Assembly: GCA_029856155.1 (NCBI GenBank)
Contig: JAHQWL010000072.1
Span: forward strand, 32,001-96,000
Length of the DNA stretch: 64,000 nt
From: Promethearchaeia archaeon
GTDB taxonomy: Archaea > Asgardarchaeota > Lokiarchaeia > Sigyniarchaeales > SOKP01
Direction of reading: 5' to 3'
Of this stretch, positions 29,451 to 40,065 are shown in pieces. Every line of letters begins with the position of its first letter. Position 1 is the stretch's first letter. The notes under the pieces were generated by a model. It saw only the letters and a program-made list of their open reading frames with translations, was not told the origin of the DNA and ran no database searches. A program made the translations under genes and the position numbers.

Positions 29451-31256
29451 ATGACTGAAGTTGATAGTAAGATTATTCGAGCTCCAATTGTTTGTATTCT
29501 TGGTCATATAGACCACGGAAAAACCACTATACTAGATTATATAAGAGGTACAGTTGTACAACAAAGAGAAGCAGCAGGAATTACTCAACATATAGGTGCT
29601 TCTTATTTTCCAACTAAAGACATTAGAGAATTTTTAAGAAAATCTAGACAAGAATTCGCTGAAAAAGAAATTAAACTTCCAGGGATATTAGTTATAGATA
29701 CACCAGGTCATGCTGCTTTCTTGAACCTCCGAAGAAGAGGTGGTGCTGTTGCTGATATCGCAATTTTAGTAATAGATGTCACTGCTGGTACTATGCCTAT
29801 AACGTGGGAATCTGTGCGTATTTTAAAAGAGAGAAAAACACCCTTCGTGATTGCAGCCAATAAAATAGATAGAATTTCTGGATGGAAATCGACTAAAGAT
29901 GCTGATTTTTTAGATTCTTATAATTCTCAAAAGCCTCATGTTAAAGATTTCTTGGATGAGAAGATATTGCAAATAATAGGAAATTTCTTAGAAGAAGGGT
30001 TCAAAGGAATCGATCGCTATGATAAAATAAAAGATTTTACTAAGAAAATTGCAATTATACCGACAAGTGGTAAAACAGGAGAGGGTATTTCAACACTATT
30101 AATGATCTTGATGGGATTAGTTCAGCAATATTTAACCACAAATCTTCGATTCTCTGAGGGGGCTGCTAAAGGTGTTGTGCTTGAAGTTAAAAAGGAAAAA
30201 GGGCAAGGAAAGACCATGGATGTTCTTATATATGATGGCATAATTCATAAAGGAGATGAATTTATAGTAGGAGGGTTAGAAAAACCTATTAAATCGAAAG
30301 CAAGAGCTTTATTAATTCCAAAACCCTTAGATGAAATACGAGACCCTAGACAAAAATTTGATTCTGTTGATGTGATTAGTGCTGCAGCTGGTATTAAAAT
30401 CCTTGCTCCAAATATTGAGGATGTGGTAGCAGGGTCTCCATTCAGAGGTATTACAGATACTTCAGAAGTAGAATCAGTATTTAAGGAAATTGAATCTGAA
30501 GTAGAAAGTATTAGGATAAAAACTGATAAAGCGGGGGTAGTCTTAAAAGCAGATACTTTAGGTTCTCTTGAAGCCCTCGAAAACCACTTTACAAAAAGTG
30601 GTGTAAAAATCAGTATTGCAGATGTTGGACCAATAAAAAAAGAAGATATAATTAATGCTAACATCGTCAAACAATTGGACCCATATTCCGCCGCAGTCTT
30701 AGGTTTTAATGTTCCAATATTACCTGAAGCTAATGAACAAGCAATTAATGATAATATAAGAATTTTTACAAATAATGTTATATATCGTTTACTAGAAGAA
30801 TATATTGAGTATGCAGAAACAAGAAAAGCAGAAGATACTGCTAAAGGGTTAAGTGAACTAATTTTGCCGGCTAAGATGAAAATGTTTCCGGAATTTATAT
30901 TTCGAAATTCAGATCCCGCAGTATTTGGAGTACGTATTGAGGCAGGAACATTATATCCTAAAGTCCCACTAATTACAGACAAAGGCAAAAGAATCAGAAG
31001 GGTACATCAAATTCAAGATAAAGGTCAAACAATTGAGAAAGCCCCTAAAGATTCAGAAGTCGCAATTTCTATCCGTGGCATTGAGATAGGACGAGATTTA
31101 GAAAAAGATGAAACTCTTCATGTCAATATTCCAGAATCTCATGTTAGGCAATTAATGGGAAGATTTATTGATGAATTAACTTTAGATCAAAAACAAGCCT
31201 TAAAAGATTTTATTGATTTGATGCGAAAAATAAACCATCCCTGGTGGGGAATGTAG
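29451..31256 (+). CDS. infB: Translation initiation factor aIF5B
   Basis: GHIDHGKT, GITQHIGA, DTPGH, NKID, ADTLGSLEAL. Confidence 0.98.
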   Translation: MTEVDSKIIRAPIVCILGHIDHGKTTILDYIRGTVVQQREAAGITQHIGASYFPTKDIREFLRKSRQEFAEKEIKLPGILVIDTPGHAAFLNLRRRGGAVADIAILVIDVTAGTMPITWESVRILKERKTPFVIAANKIDRISGWKSTKDADFLDSYNSQKPHVKDFLDEKILQIIGNFLEEGFKGIDRYDKIKDFTKKIAIIPTSGKTGEGISTLLMILMGLVQQYLTTNLRFSEGAAKGVVLEVKKEKGQGKTMDVLIYDGIIHKGDEFIVGGLEKPIKSKARALLIPKPLDEIRDPRQKFDSVDVISAAAGIKILAPNIEDVVAGSPFRGITDTSEVESVFKEIESEVESIRIKTDKAGVVLKADTLGSLEALENHFTKSGVKISIADVGPIKKEDIINANIVKQLDPYSAAVLGFNVPILPEANEQAINDNIRIFTNNVIYRLLEEYIEYAETRKAEDTAKGLSELILPAKMKMFPEFIFRNSDPAVFGVRIEAGTLYPKVPLITDKGKRIRRVHQIQDKGQTIEKAPKDSEVAISIRGIEIGRDLEKDETLHVNIPESHVRQLMGRFIDELTLDQKQALKDFIDLMRKINHPWWGM

Positions 31257-31264
31257 ACAATTTT

Positions 31265-32722
31265 ATGTCCTCAATTAATGAAATCTTTTTCGAAGTGTTA
31301 AAGGAAATTATTCCAACTCAAAAAGAAATAGCTTTAATTAATGGTATAACTGAAAAATTAAAAAATCTATTAACTAATAAAGCAAATGAATTACAAATTA
31401 AATATACAACAATAGAACCTCAAGGTTCAACTGGAATCAAACAAACACAATTAAAAGATGATTTCGATATTGATCTTTTCATAGGTTTAGATTACAACCA
31501 ATATAAACCAAATTATAAAGGTCTAAGCAAAAATAAATTAAAAAAGGAATCCAAAAAAGATTTTTTAAAGTTGTGTAATAATTGGATTCTTCCAAGTTTA
31601 ACCTTACACGAATTTTATAAACCACGTCTTTTATATGCTGAACATCCATATATTACTGTAAATTATCTTTTAGATGATATAAAAGTCAAGATCGATATTG
31701 TTATGTATTTTGAGTTAGATTTGGAATACATTAATAAGAATGGTCCTATTACTGCGGTTGATAGATCTCCATTACATGGCTGTTTTGTTAGAGATGAGTT
31801 AAATTCTACCCAGAAAAATGAAGTAAGGCTTTTAAAGCAGTTCTTTAAATCTTGTTATTGTTATGGTGATAAGAGCCCAGTAGGAAAGGTAGGATTCATA
31901 GGTTATAGCGCAGAACTATTAATTTATTATTTTAAAAACCTAATCAATCTCTTTAAAAATTTTAATAAATTAAATTCAAATCCACTTGATTATTTTAAAA
32001 GAACTGAGGAAGAATTAAGTAATGTTACCCACTTTCAGAATGAATATCTTATTATCATAGATCCCATCGATAGAAATCGAAATGTTGCTTCGGCGATATC
32101 TGAAAGAGCATATAAATATTGTAATTATAAAATTGGTGAATTTCTAAAAAAGCCAAATTTAGAATTTTTTAAAATTAAACCAATTCCAAAAGCAGATTTA
32201 TCTAATAAACGAGATCCTCTACTCTTACTTATATATATCGTTGAATTACAAAATATTAACAAAGAAATTCATTATACAATTAATAGAGATAAATTATACT
32301 CTCTAAGCGAAAGTCTTAAAGCAAATGGAGAGAAAGAATTTTCACATGTTGAACGCTTTGGAAAGATAATTTATGAAGTCTATTTCGAAGAAGAGAATGA
32401 TCAATACAATGTGGCTATCTATTGCGAAAAACCTAAAATCTCCGAAACTTATATTCGTAAAGGACCACCCATTACAGAAGAAAAACACGTTGTTAATTTT
32501 AAGAAAAAAAATCCAGAATATTTTGAAAAAGAAGGTTATTTATGGGTAGAAACTACTAGAGAATTTATCGAATTTTCTGTTTTTCTAAAGAATTTTGTTA
32601 AAAATAAAATTCCTGATAATTTTAAGATATCTAATATCTCATCTGCATTTCACACGTTAAGTTCTTCAGGAAAAAAAGCAATATATATATTAAAAAATAT
32701 GATTTTACCTTTGTATTTATAA
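31265..32722 (+). CDS. cca: Class I CCA-adding tRNA nucleotidyltransferase
   Basis: GS...DFDIDLF, YAEHPY, TAVDRSPLH, DPIDRNRNVA. Confidence 0.93.
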   Translation: MSSINEIFFEVLKEIIPTQKEIALINGITEKLKNLLTNKANELQIKYTTIEPQGSTGIKQTQLKDDFDIDLFIGLDYNQYKPNYKGLSKNKLKKESKKDFLKLCNNWILPSLTLHEFYKPRLLYAEHPYITVNYLLDDIKVKIDIVMYFELDLEYINKNGPITAVDRSPLHGCFVRDELNSTQKNEVRLLKQFFKSCYCYGDKSPVGKVGFIGYSAELLIYYFKNLINLFKNFNKLNSNPLDYFKRTEEELSNVTHFQNEYLIIIDPIDRNRNVASAISERAYKYCNYKIGEFLKKPNLEFFKIKPIPKADLSNKRDPLLLLIYIVELQNINKEIHYTINRDKLYSLSESLKANGEKEFSHVERFGKIIYEVYFEEENDQYNVAIYCEKPKISETYIRKGPPITEEKHVVNFKKKNPEYFEKEGYLWVETTREFIEFSVFLKNFVKNKIPDNFKISNISSAFHTLSSSGKKAIYILKNMILPLYL

Positions 32723-32804
32723 TTTTAAAAATTAATTTATAGATGCAGATTCTTAATTTAATTAGTATAATTTTAAGATCTAATTGAAAATTGGTGTAAA
32801 GTAA

Positions 32805-33143
32805 ATGGTCTCTGTTATAGATCCTGAAAATTTAAGTGTTTTAAAAGAAATTGCTGGTTTCTTGAAAGTTACAGCCGACAAAATGCATAACTTTGGAAAA
32901 TCCTTAACTAAAGCTATAGAAAAAATAGAAAAATTTGAGACTCAAAAATCAGAAGAAAAAGATTTAACAATTAATAAAAAATTAATCCCGAAAATTGGAC
33001 CTCCTAAAAAAATAGAGTTGAAAGAACCCTTGCCCCCTAAACCTAAAGAAATCTCCTCATTAAAACCTCTGAATGAACAACTATTAAATCCACCTCAAAA
33101 AGAAGAAAAGTTTTTCTATTTTTGGAACTTTAGATCCGGATGA
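32805..33143 (+). CDS. Hypothetical protein (helical N-terminus, Pro/Lys-rich region)
   Basis: ORF with ATG; no recognisable family; 3' end may be frameshifted. Confidence 0.55.
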   Translation: MVSVIDPENLSVLKEIAGFLKVTADKMHNFGKSLTKAIEKIEKFETQKSEEKDLTINKKLIPKIGPPKKIELKEPLPPKPKEISSLKPLNEQLLNPPQKEEKFFYFWNFRSG

Positions 33144-33352
33144 ATTGTAAATCTGAATCATTAACTGATGTTACTCACTTCTAGAAATTGATATACTAAA
33201 AGCGCAAGATATTATAAATTTTGCAGCAATAGTGAAAAATTATAGAACTGTTGTTTTATTGCTGAAATTCATAAAATTTTTATGATTTCTCGTATTCATT
33301 TCTTTAACTATAACATAAGAATTAATTATAATTAGTAAGATGTGAACAATTA

Positions 33353-35605
33353 ATGGTTAAAGTGAAAAACCCAGACGAAATCGCTAAACTGGTTACTTCT
33401 GGCTCTTATGAAAAGAAAAGGATATTCAGTATCACAGCTCACATTGATCACGGTAAAACCACTGCTACAGACTACCTGCTTCGTAGAGCTGGACTTATGA
33501 GGCCTGAAGATGCAGGTCAACTTCAGATGACCGATTCAGACGATGAAGAACAAGAAAGAGGAATTACCATTTTTACCTCTGTAGTATTACTTGCGTTCCA
33601 AGATCCGAGAAAAACAGATGATGATGAACCATATATTATTCAGCTCAATGATACTCCAGGTCATATCTCTTTTACAGGAGAGGTCTCAAGAGCATTGAGA
33701 GGAAGTGATGGAGCAATAATATTAGTAGATGCTCTTGAGGGAGTTATGACTCAAACTGAAACGAATATTAGGTTATCCGTTGGTGAAGAATACTGTAAAC
33801 CTGTTCTTTTTATCAATAAAGTTGATAGATTAATCAGCGAATTAAAATTAAGTCCCCAAGATACTTTTGCAAAAATCGATAAAATTACACGAGAAGTCAA
33901 TGAGTTAATTAGAAGGGTCAGACCCGAGGGATCAGACTGGACAATTGATTTTGCAAAGAACTCCGTAGCGATAGGTTCCGCAAAGCATGGTTGGGGGTTT
34001 ACGTATGAGATTTTATTGGAGAAGGGGCTAAAACCTCAAGATGTTTTTGCTAAATATAATGAGGGAGATATACAATGGTTAAGGGATAACTTACCCTTAG
34101 ATGAGCCAATGTTAAGAATGATAGTTGATCATCTTCCGGATCCTATTACCGCTTCTAATTATAGAATCCCTCATATATGGGGAGGGGATTTAAAATCAGA
34201 GCTAGGACAAGCACTTCAAAAAAGCGATCCAAATGGTCCCCTATATGGAATGATTACTAAAATTTTCCTTGATCCTAAAAGAAATTATCAACCTACCCTT
34301 ATAGGTCGTGTTTTTTCGGGTACATTTGATCAAACTGATTCAATTTACCTAATAAATAGTGATTCAAGCAATCGAGTGAAAAGGTTAGGTGTTATGGAAA
34401 TCACCGACATTTTAGATATTCCTAAAATTCCAGCAGGAAATCTATTTGCATTATTTGGTTTTATTTGTCCTTCTGGCGAGACTTTTATGTTATCCAATGA
34501 TGTCCCTAAAGATAAAGAAGAAAAGAAGAGATTACCCTCTTTTGAAAAAATTCATTATGCTTGTGAAGCTGTTGTCTCAAGAAGTATAAAACCGAAGGAT
34601 CCACATGAAATTGATAAATTGGATGATATTGTAAGCAAATGGTTAAAAGCTGATCCTACTGCAGAATATAGGAGGGATCAAGAGTCGGGTGAATTTATCC
34701 TTTCAGGGATAGATCCCCTCCAAATCGAGATCCTTGTCAAGAGAATTAATAATCAAGTTCAAATTAATATTGGAGAACCAATTATCGTTTATCGAGAAAA
34801 AATAACACAAAAGAGTCCAGATTATTATACTAAATCTGCAAACACTCACAATCGGATATTATTGTATATTGAACCACTGGATGAAACAACTGAAAGATTA
34901 ATTGAAACTGGTAAAGTAAATGATTTACAAAATGATAAAGATAGAGCAACAATACTTAGGGAAGAAGCGGGATGGGATGCAAAAGAAGCAAGACGTATCG
35001 TCGATGTATATCATGGAAGTGCTCTTGTAAACGGTACTAGTGGATTACAGAGATTTGACCGTGTTAAATCCTATTTGAGTGCTGCTTTTAGGGATTGGCT
35101 TGGAGATTGTATTATTGCAAAAGAACCTGCTACTGGAATTAAAGTAGTATTTACAGATATGACAATCCATGAAGATCCGAGACATACGTCCTATGGACAG
35201 ATTGCAGGAATGGCGTTTTCAGCGATGTCCTTAGCTATGTTAGACGCAAAACCTCATCTCTTTGAACCGATTCAGAAGATCGACATAAAAACACCCCAAG
35301 GAAGTGAAGGAGGTGTAACAGCAGTCATAACTAAGCGAAGAGGTCGAATTACTAATGTCATCCCTGAAGGAGAATATGTAAGAATTCAAGGGCAAATTCC
35401 TGCTGCTGAAACAATTGGAATTGCAGACGATATTAGAGGTTCAACTCAAGGAAGGGCATTTTTCGGATATGAATTCAAGGGATTTGAAAAGGTTCCTCCC
35501 TCTTTAGAAGAAGATCTTATTATGGAAATTCGTAGAAGAAAGGGAATGCCTGAAGAAATGCCTTCCAGAAAGAGTTGGGAGCGATTTATTTACAAAAGAA
35601 CCTAA
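33353..35605 (+). CDS. fusA: Elongation factor 2 family GTPase (divergent aEF-2)
   Basis: AHIDHGKT, ERGITI, DTPGH, NKVD, domain IV HEDPRH, EP..IR..TQGR. Confidence 0.93.
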   Translation: MVKVKNPDEIAKLVTSGSYEKKRIFSITAHIDHGKTTATDYLLRRAGLMRPEDAGQLQMTDSDDEEQERGITIFTSVVLLAFQDPRKTDDDEPYIIQLNDTPGHISFTGEVSRALRGSDGAIILVDALEGVMTQTETNIRLSVGEEYCKPVLFINKVDRLISELKLSPQDTFAKIDKITREVNELIRRVRPEGSDWTIDFAKNSVAIGSAKHGWGFTYEILLEKGLKPQDVFAKYNEGDIQWLRDNLPLDEPMLRMIVDHLPDPITASNYRIPHIWGGDLKSELGQALQKSDPNGPLYGMITKIFLDPKRNYQPTLIGRVFSGTFDQTDSIYLINSDSSNRVKRLGVMEITDILDIPKIPAGNLFALFGFICPSGETFMLSNDVPKDKEEKKRLPSFEKIHYACEAVVSRSIKPKDPHEIDKLDDIVSKWLKADPTAEYRRDQESGEFILSGIDPLQIEILVKRINNQVQINIGEPIIVYREKITQKSPDYYTKSANTHNRILLYIEPLDETTERLIETGKVNDLQNDKDRATILREEAGWDAKEARRIVDVYHGSALVNGTSGLQRFDRVKSYLSAAFRDWLGDCIIAKEPATGIKVVFTDMTIHEDPRHTSYGQIAGMAFSAMSLAMLDAKPHLFEPIQKIDIKTPQGSEGGVTAVITKRRGRITNVIPEGEYVRIQGQIPAAETIGIADDIRGSTQGRAFFGYEFKGFEKVPPSLEEDLIMEIRRRKGMPEEMPSRKSWERFIYKRT

Positions 35606-35680
35606 ATTCTTTTTTCTATTGTTATTTTTTTATTAAATTATAAATAAGTTCTATTAATTGTTTATAATCAGATTCAAAAT

Positions 35681-35952
35681 TCAAACTTTATCCTCTATAA
35701 TGACCACTATTCCACTGTAAAATTGAAATTCACCTATAAATGCAAATCGAGCACCAGTGATAGTATTAGGCCCTAACTTTCATACAATTTTCTTCAATTT
35801 ATTTGGAATATAAAAGGCTCATTATGCATGTTTTTGAAAACCGGATGGAGCATCATGTTCGATTTTTACCCTCCCTATTTTTTTGATAATCCTCTTTCCT
35901 AGAATATTGTCAGTATCACTAATTAAAAGATCATCCACCTTTTTTTTTCCAT
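35681..35952 (-). pseudogene. Decayed YbjQ/UPF0145-like gene
   Basis: Fragments LLISDTDNILGKRIIK / IGRV / KLGPNTITGARF...SGIVVIIEDKV* broken by frameshifts and stops. Confidence 0.55.
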
Positions 35953-36061
35953 CTTAATATAAATAGCTTAATGTCAAAGAGAGTGTTTCAAAGAAAAAGT
36001 ATAATAAAAAATCATGCGAAAAAAACCGACAACAAGAGTGATAGAGCGGTTTAAGTTAAGA

Positions 36062-36634
36062 TTAAGAAAAGTCTGAAATTTTAGCAATTGTATATAACTT
36101 CTTGACAAGTACCTTAAAGGCATCAGTCACTCCTTGCCCTGTCAATGCACTCGTTTTATAATACCCAACAAATCTATTATCCTTCGTATATTGTTCCACA
36201 TTTACATCAGAAGTAGATAAACCCGGATTTGAGCTTAAAGCTGCCGCAGCAACTAAATCTACTTTATTTCCAAATAAAACCATTGGAATATTTCCACAAT
36301 GCTTTTTTAGATCATCAAGCCATCGAGCAACATGGTCATAACTCTGAACTTGTTCTGGAGCGTGAGAAAAGACAATTATGGCCCCACTACTCCCTGTATA
36401 GAACCTTTGACGTAATGCTTGAAACTGATCTTGACCTGCAATGTCCCAAAGATACAATTCAACTTTTTCTCCATCAACATTTTCTTCATATTTAGAGAAT
36501 TGTGTACCTAAAGTTGCTATATACTCCTTTTGAAAAGACCCTTGAGTATATCTTTTAATTAATGAGGTTTTACCAACTGCTCCATCCCCTACAACTGTGA
36601 TTTTAAATCCATATCCTTTCTCGTCAGCACTCAT
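36062..36634 (-). CDS. Rab-like small GTPase
   Basis: FKITVVGDGAVGKT, WDIAGQ, NKVD, TSAL; no C-terminal Cys. Confidence 0.95.
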   Translation of the reverse strand: MSADEKGYGFKITVVGDGAVGKTSLIKRYTQGSFQKEYIATLGTQFSKYEENVDGEKVELYLWDIAGQDQFQALRQRFYTGSSGAIIVFSHAPEQVQSYDHVARWLDDLKKHCGNIPMVLFGNKVDLVAAAALSSNPGLSTSDVNVEQYTKDNRFVGYYKTSALTGQGVTDAFKVLVKKLYTIAKISDFS

Positions 36635-36951
36635 TTGATTAAACCATCCATCTAAATTTAATATCCCTTTTTTATATAGTAATGGTCAGATATTTTAAAT
36701 TTTTACAATAGAATATCCCATTCAAATTATTATCAATCATATCAAGTATCTAAAATTAAAATATTTATGTTATCTCTATATTTTAAAAGAATTTTTAGTC
36801 TGAATCTAGAAATTAATTCGTATAATAGGATATTGATAACATAGTGTATGCAAAAATAAGAATTTGATTATTATTAATTCTTTATTTTAGTAAATATGAT
36901 AAAAATATATAGTAATTTTCATAGAGTTGCTCGTTGATATAATTTCTTAAC

Positions 36952-37473
36952 TTAACTCTGAAAGGCATCTTTTACCCCTTGACGCGTTAAAGCACTTGTT
37001 CTGTAGTATTCCATAATGTTATGATCTTGGGCAAATTGCTGAACATGAATATCTGAAGTTTTATAATTTGGACTAGTCTCTAATGCATTTTGATCAACTA
37101 AATCCGCTTTATTTCCAAGTAATACTATGGGTATTCTCCCACAGGTGTCTTTTATGTTTGATAACCACTTATGAATATTATGATAAGTCTCAATTTCTTC
37201 GGGAGCAAGAGAAAATACAATAATAGCTCCACTACTTCCTAGATAAAATTTTTCACGTAAGGATATAAATGATTCTTGGCCCGCTAAATCCCATAAAAAT
37301 AATTCAACCATTTCGATCTGTATTTTTTCTTCATATCTCGAAAATTGCATACCTAATGTAGAAATATAATCTCTTTCAAATGTATTTGTTGTATATCTTT
37401 TAATTAGCGAAGTTTTCCCGACAGCACCATCACCAACAACGGTTATTTTAAAACCAAAAGCTTTATCGCTCAT
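36952..37473 (-). CDS. Rab-like small GTPase paralog with premature stop in last helix
   Basis: GDGAVGKT, WDLAGQ, NKAD, TSAL; in-frame TAA is followed by VKKLYQRATL* ending at 36919. Confidence 0.88.
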   Translation of the reverse strand: MSDKAFGFKITVVGDGAVGKTSLIKRYTTNTFERDYISTLGMQFSRYEEKIQIEMVELFLWDLAGQESFISLREKFYLGSSGAIIVFSLAPEEIETYHNIHKWLSNIKDTCGRIPIVLLGNKADLVDQNALETSPNYKTSDIHVQQFAQDHNIMEYYRTSALTRQGVKDAFQS

Positions 37474-37629
37474 TATTTACCATTATTTTTTTTTCTTTTT
37501 TTCTTAATAGTATAAATATGATTTTTTAAGCCTTGCTAAAACGTCAATTATTAGGTAATATAATAAAACGATTACTACTTTAAAAAAGCTTAAAATGAAT
37601 AAAGGCTTCAAATCATCTAAGTTTCTTAA

Positions 37630-38340
37630 TTAGATGTTAAAGAGTTTAATCAACTGTTCGGTATTCTCTACTAAGATATCGGGGTTATGCTTTTTCAAAG
37701 TTTCTTTTTGAGCTAGTCCACTTGCGACACAAATAATTGAAACTTTTGCTGCCTTACCTGCTTCGATATCAGTTGTCATATCACCAATAAAAATTGCTTC
37801 TGAAGGTTTTAGATTCCATTTATTAAGAATTTTTATTATTCCTTCAGGACTAGGTTTAACTTCTGTAACATCGTTAAAACCGATAATAGTTTTAAAATAT
37901 TCCGAAAGGTTAAATTTTTCTAGAACCTCTTCGGCATATTGACTTTTATTATTTGTCAAAATTGCTAATTTCACATGTTTAGCCAATTTCGAAATTAATG
38001 CATCAATACCTTTGAAAATTGTAGATTCTGCTTCTTTATATTTATTAAATTGGTTAAACATAAAGATTGCGATTCGAAGTTTCTTAAAGAAACTAAGTCC
38101 TTCTAAAAATTTCACTTTTAATAAATCGTATGAATTTAGAAGGATTTTAGGTACGGGATAATTTTGGATTTCTTCAATTAGTAGGGCTATTTCTTCCATG
38201 ACATCATCTGGGTTGACGTTCATATCATACTTTTCTACTGAATCATTAACTGCCTTTTTAATTGCTTCAGAAATATCATAAATAACACCATCCATATCAA
38301 AGATAATCCCTTTATATTTTCCCAAATTAATTTTTTCCAT
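37630..38340 (-). CDS. HAD-superfamily phosphatase
   Basis: FDMDG, LTN, KPSP, IGD..D motifs. Confidence 0.92.
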   Translation of the reverse strand: MEKINLGKYKGIIFDMDGVIYDISEAIKKAVNDSVEKYDMNVNPDDVMEEIALLIEEIQNYPVPKILLNSYDLLKVKFLEGLSFFKKLRIAIFMFNQFNKYKEAESTIFKGIDALISKLAKHVKLAILTNNKSQYAEEVLEKFNLSEYFKTIIGFNDVTEVKPSPEGIIKILNKWNLKPSEAIFIGDMTTDIEAGKAAKVSIICVASGLAQKETLKKHNPDILVENTEQLIKLFNI

Positions 38341-38444
38341 ACTAAAGTCTATTAATATTTAGAACAATTTATAATTATACGAATATCAATAATTTAATTA
38401 TATAACTATTAAAAATTTTATTTAATATCTCATTTTAGTTAAAA

Positions 38445-39335
38445 ATGAACGAAAACCAAGAAGAAAAAAGCGAAGAATTAGGAATGGATGAAAATGAAGT
38501 GGAAGATGATGATTTAGAAGCGTATCTTAGAGATATGAAAGCGTTGGAAACTGACTTTTCAGATATTGAAGATTTAGACATGGAAGAACTTCAAGAAATC
38601 CAAGATGCAATTGAGAAGGTTAAGGAAGGTGAAGAATTACCTGAAAATGACTTAATTAGTGAAGAAAGCTCGGAAGACGGAGAAATCTTTGATGAAATTA
38701 AAGAAGAACAAGAATTAAAAGAGATAATGGTTTCAGATTTTTCTGATATGGATGAAATTGATTTTGATGAATTAAGAGAAATGAAAGAAGCCATAGAAAC
38801 TGTAAAACATGAGGAAGTTGAAGTTTTAGGTGATAAAGAAGGTGAAATTCAATCAACACCAGCAATTTCAAGTGAATTGCAGCAACGAATAAAAGAAGAA
38901 CTCTTAAAAAGAAAAGAAGCAGAAGTAGAGGAAGTTATAACTCCAGAAATGTTTTTAGATTATATTAAAGAAAAACGTGATAAGATTTGGTATCATGCCC
39001 TCTATTATTTAGTGTTTAATGTTGAAGACCATACTGCTTCGAAATCTTTATTATATGATGTTTTAAAAGAAGTAACAAGTAAAAGTCCCATTGATCCAAT
39101 ACCAGAACATCAATTTTATTTTGGATTAGGGTATATATTAAGATTAAATTATAATGATAAACAAGTAGTACGATTTCTTAGAAATGGAACGCTTAAAATA
39201 AATATAAATATTAGCACTCTGAAAGAACTTTTAGAGGAATCGGGAGAACCTATAAGTACAAGACCAGTTATTAAACCCGAAGAGAAAAAAAGAATGTTTA
39301 AGGATTTTCTTAATGAGGATTTTCTTGATATTTAA
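38445..39335 (+). CDS. Acidic hypothetical protein with internal 24-aa repeat
   Basis: D/E-rich N-terminal half and a globular-looking C-terminal domain. Confidence 0.75.
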   Translation: MNENQEEKSEELGMDENEVEDDDLEAYLRDMKALETDFSDIEDLDMEELQEIQDAIEKVKEGEELPENDLISEESSEDGEIFDEIKEEQELKEIMVSDFSDMDEIDFDELREMKEAIETVKHEEVEVLGDKEGEIQSTPAISSELQQRIKEELLKRKEAEVEEVITPEMFLDYIKEKRDKIWYHALYYLVFNVEDHTASKSLLYDVLKEVTSKSPIDPIPEHQFYFGLGYILRLNYNDKQVVRFLRNGTLKININISTLKELLEESGEPISTRPVIKPEEKKRMFKDFLNEDFLDI

Positions 39336-39359
39336 ATTTTGATTTAAATAAGAGATAAA

Positions 39360-40007
39360 ATGAATCAAAAGCCTTTACTTTTAATTATTGGAAATTCAAA
39401 TGTAGGAAAAAGCTCAATAACTAGATTACTGATGCCAAATCCTAGAAAATTTAAGGGTAAAATTGGAAAATCTCCGGGTAGTACGCTATTGATAAAACCA
39501 ATTACTCAAAATAGTTTACCCTATAAAATAGTTGATCTTCCAGGATTTGGATATGTAAGTCACTCCAGCCGTAGACGAGGAGCCCATATTAAAAAACAAA
39601 TTGTTGTTCATATCGAAAAACACTATGAGGAATATTTTTTCGGGTTAGTAGTAATAAATATTTTAAGAATCGAAGATGAAATAGAGAAGTATTACATTCA
39701 AAATAAGAGAACTATACCATTAAGTTTTGAATTAATTCAATTTTTAAGCGAGTTTAAAATCCCTTTTCTCATAATTTTTAATAAAATTGATAAAATTTCT
39801 AATCTGAATAAAAAAGAAAAAATTAACTTGTTTATTGAATCAGCAAAAGAATACGGTTTAGATCTGATTAAATTGAATGATTATAGTGTTGAAAAAAATT
39901 CAGAAATACCATATTTGGAATTTTCAGCTTTAAAAAAGATAAATATCATAAAATTAAAAAGCATAATTCAAAAATCTTTAAATAATTTTATGAAAAAATG
40001 TCCCTAG
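39360..40007 (+). CDS. engB: EngB/YihA-family GTPase
   Basis: GNSNVGKSS, PGST, DLPGFG, NKID, SA. Confidence 0.85.
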   Translation: MNQKPLLLIIGNSNVGKSSITRLLMPNPRKFKGKIGKSPGSTLLIKPITQNSLPYKIVDLPGFGYVSHSSRRRGAHIKKQIVVHIEKHYEEYFFGLVVINILRIEDEIEKYYIQNKRTIPLSFELIQFLSEFKIPFLIIFNKIDKISNLNKKEKINLFIESAKEYGLDLIKLNDYSVEKNSEIPYLEFSALKKINIIKLKSIIQKSLNNFMKKCP

Positions 40008-40065
40008 GATTCACATTTGTTCTTGAATTATTATAGATTTCTTCTTCCTTATTAACGTAATATTT

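Noticed and set aside
30245-30988. 247-aa antisense ORF inside infB
   Set aside because: Ser/Ile/Leu-rich mirror frame wholly within aIF5B
33090-33150. Possible frameshift giving an alternative tail KKSFSIFGTLDPDEL* for the 32805 ORF
   Set aside because: Plausible in the A-rich run but untestable without homologs or reads
33224-33290. Short inverted repeats upstream of EF-2 (CAGCAATA...TATTGCTG; TCATAAAA-T-TTTTATGA)
   Set aside because: 8-bp arms are expected by chance in DNA this AT-rich
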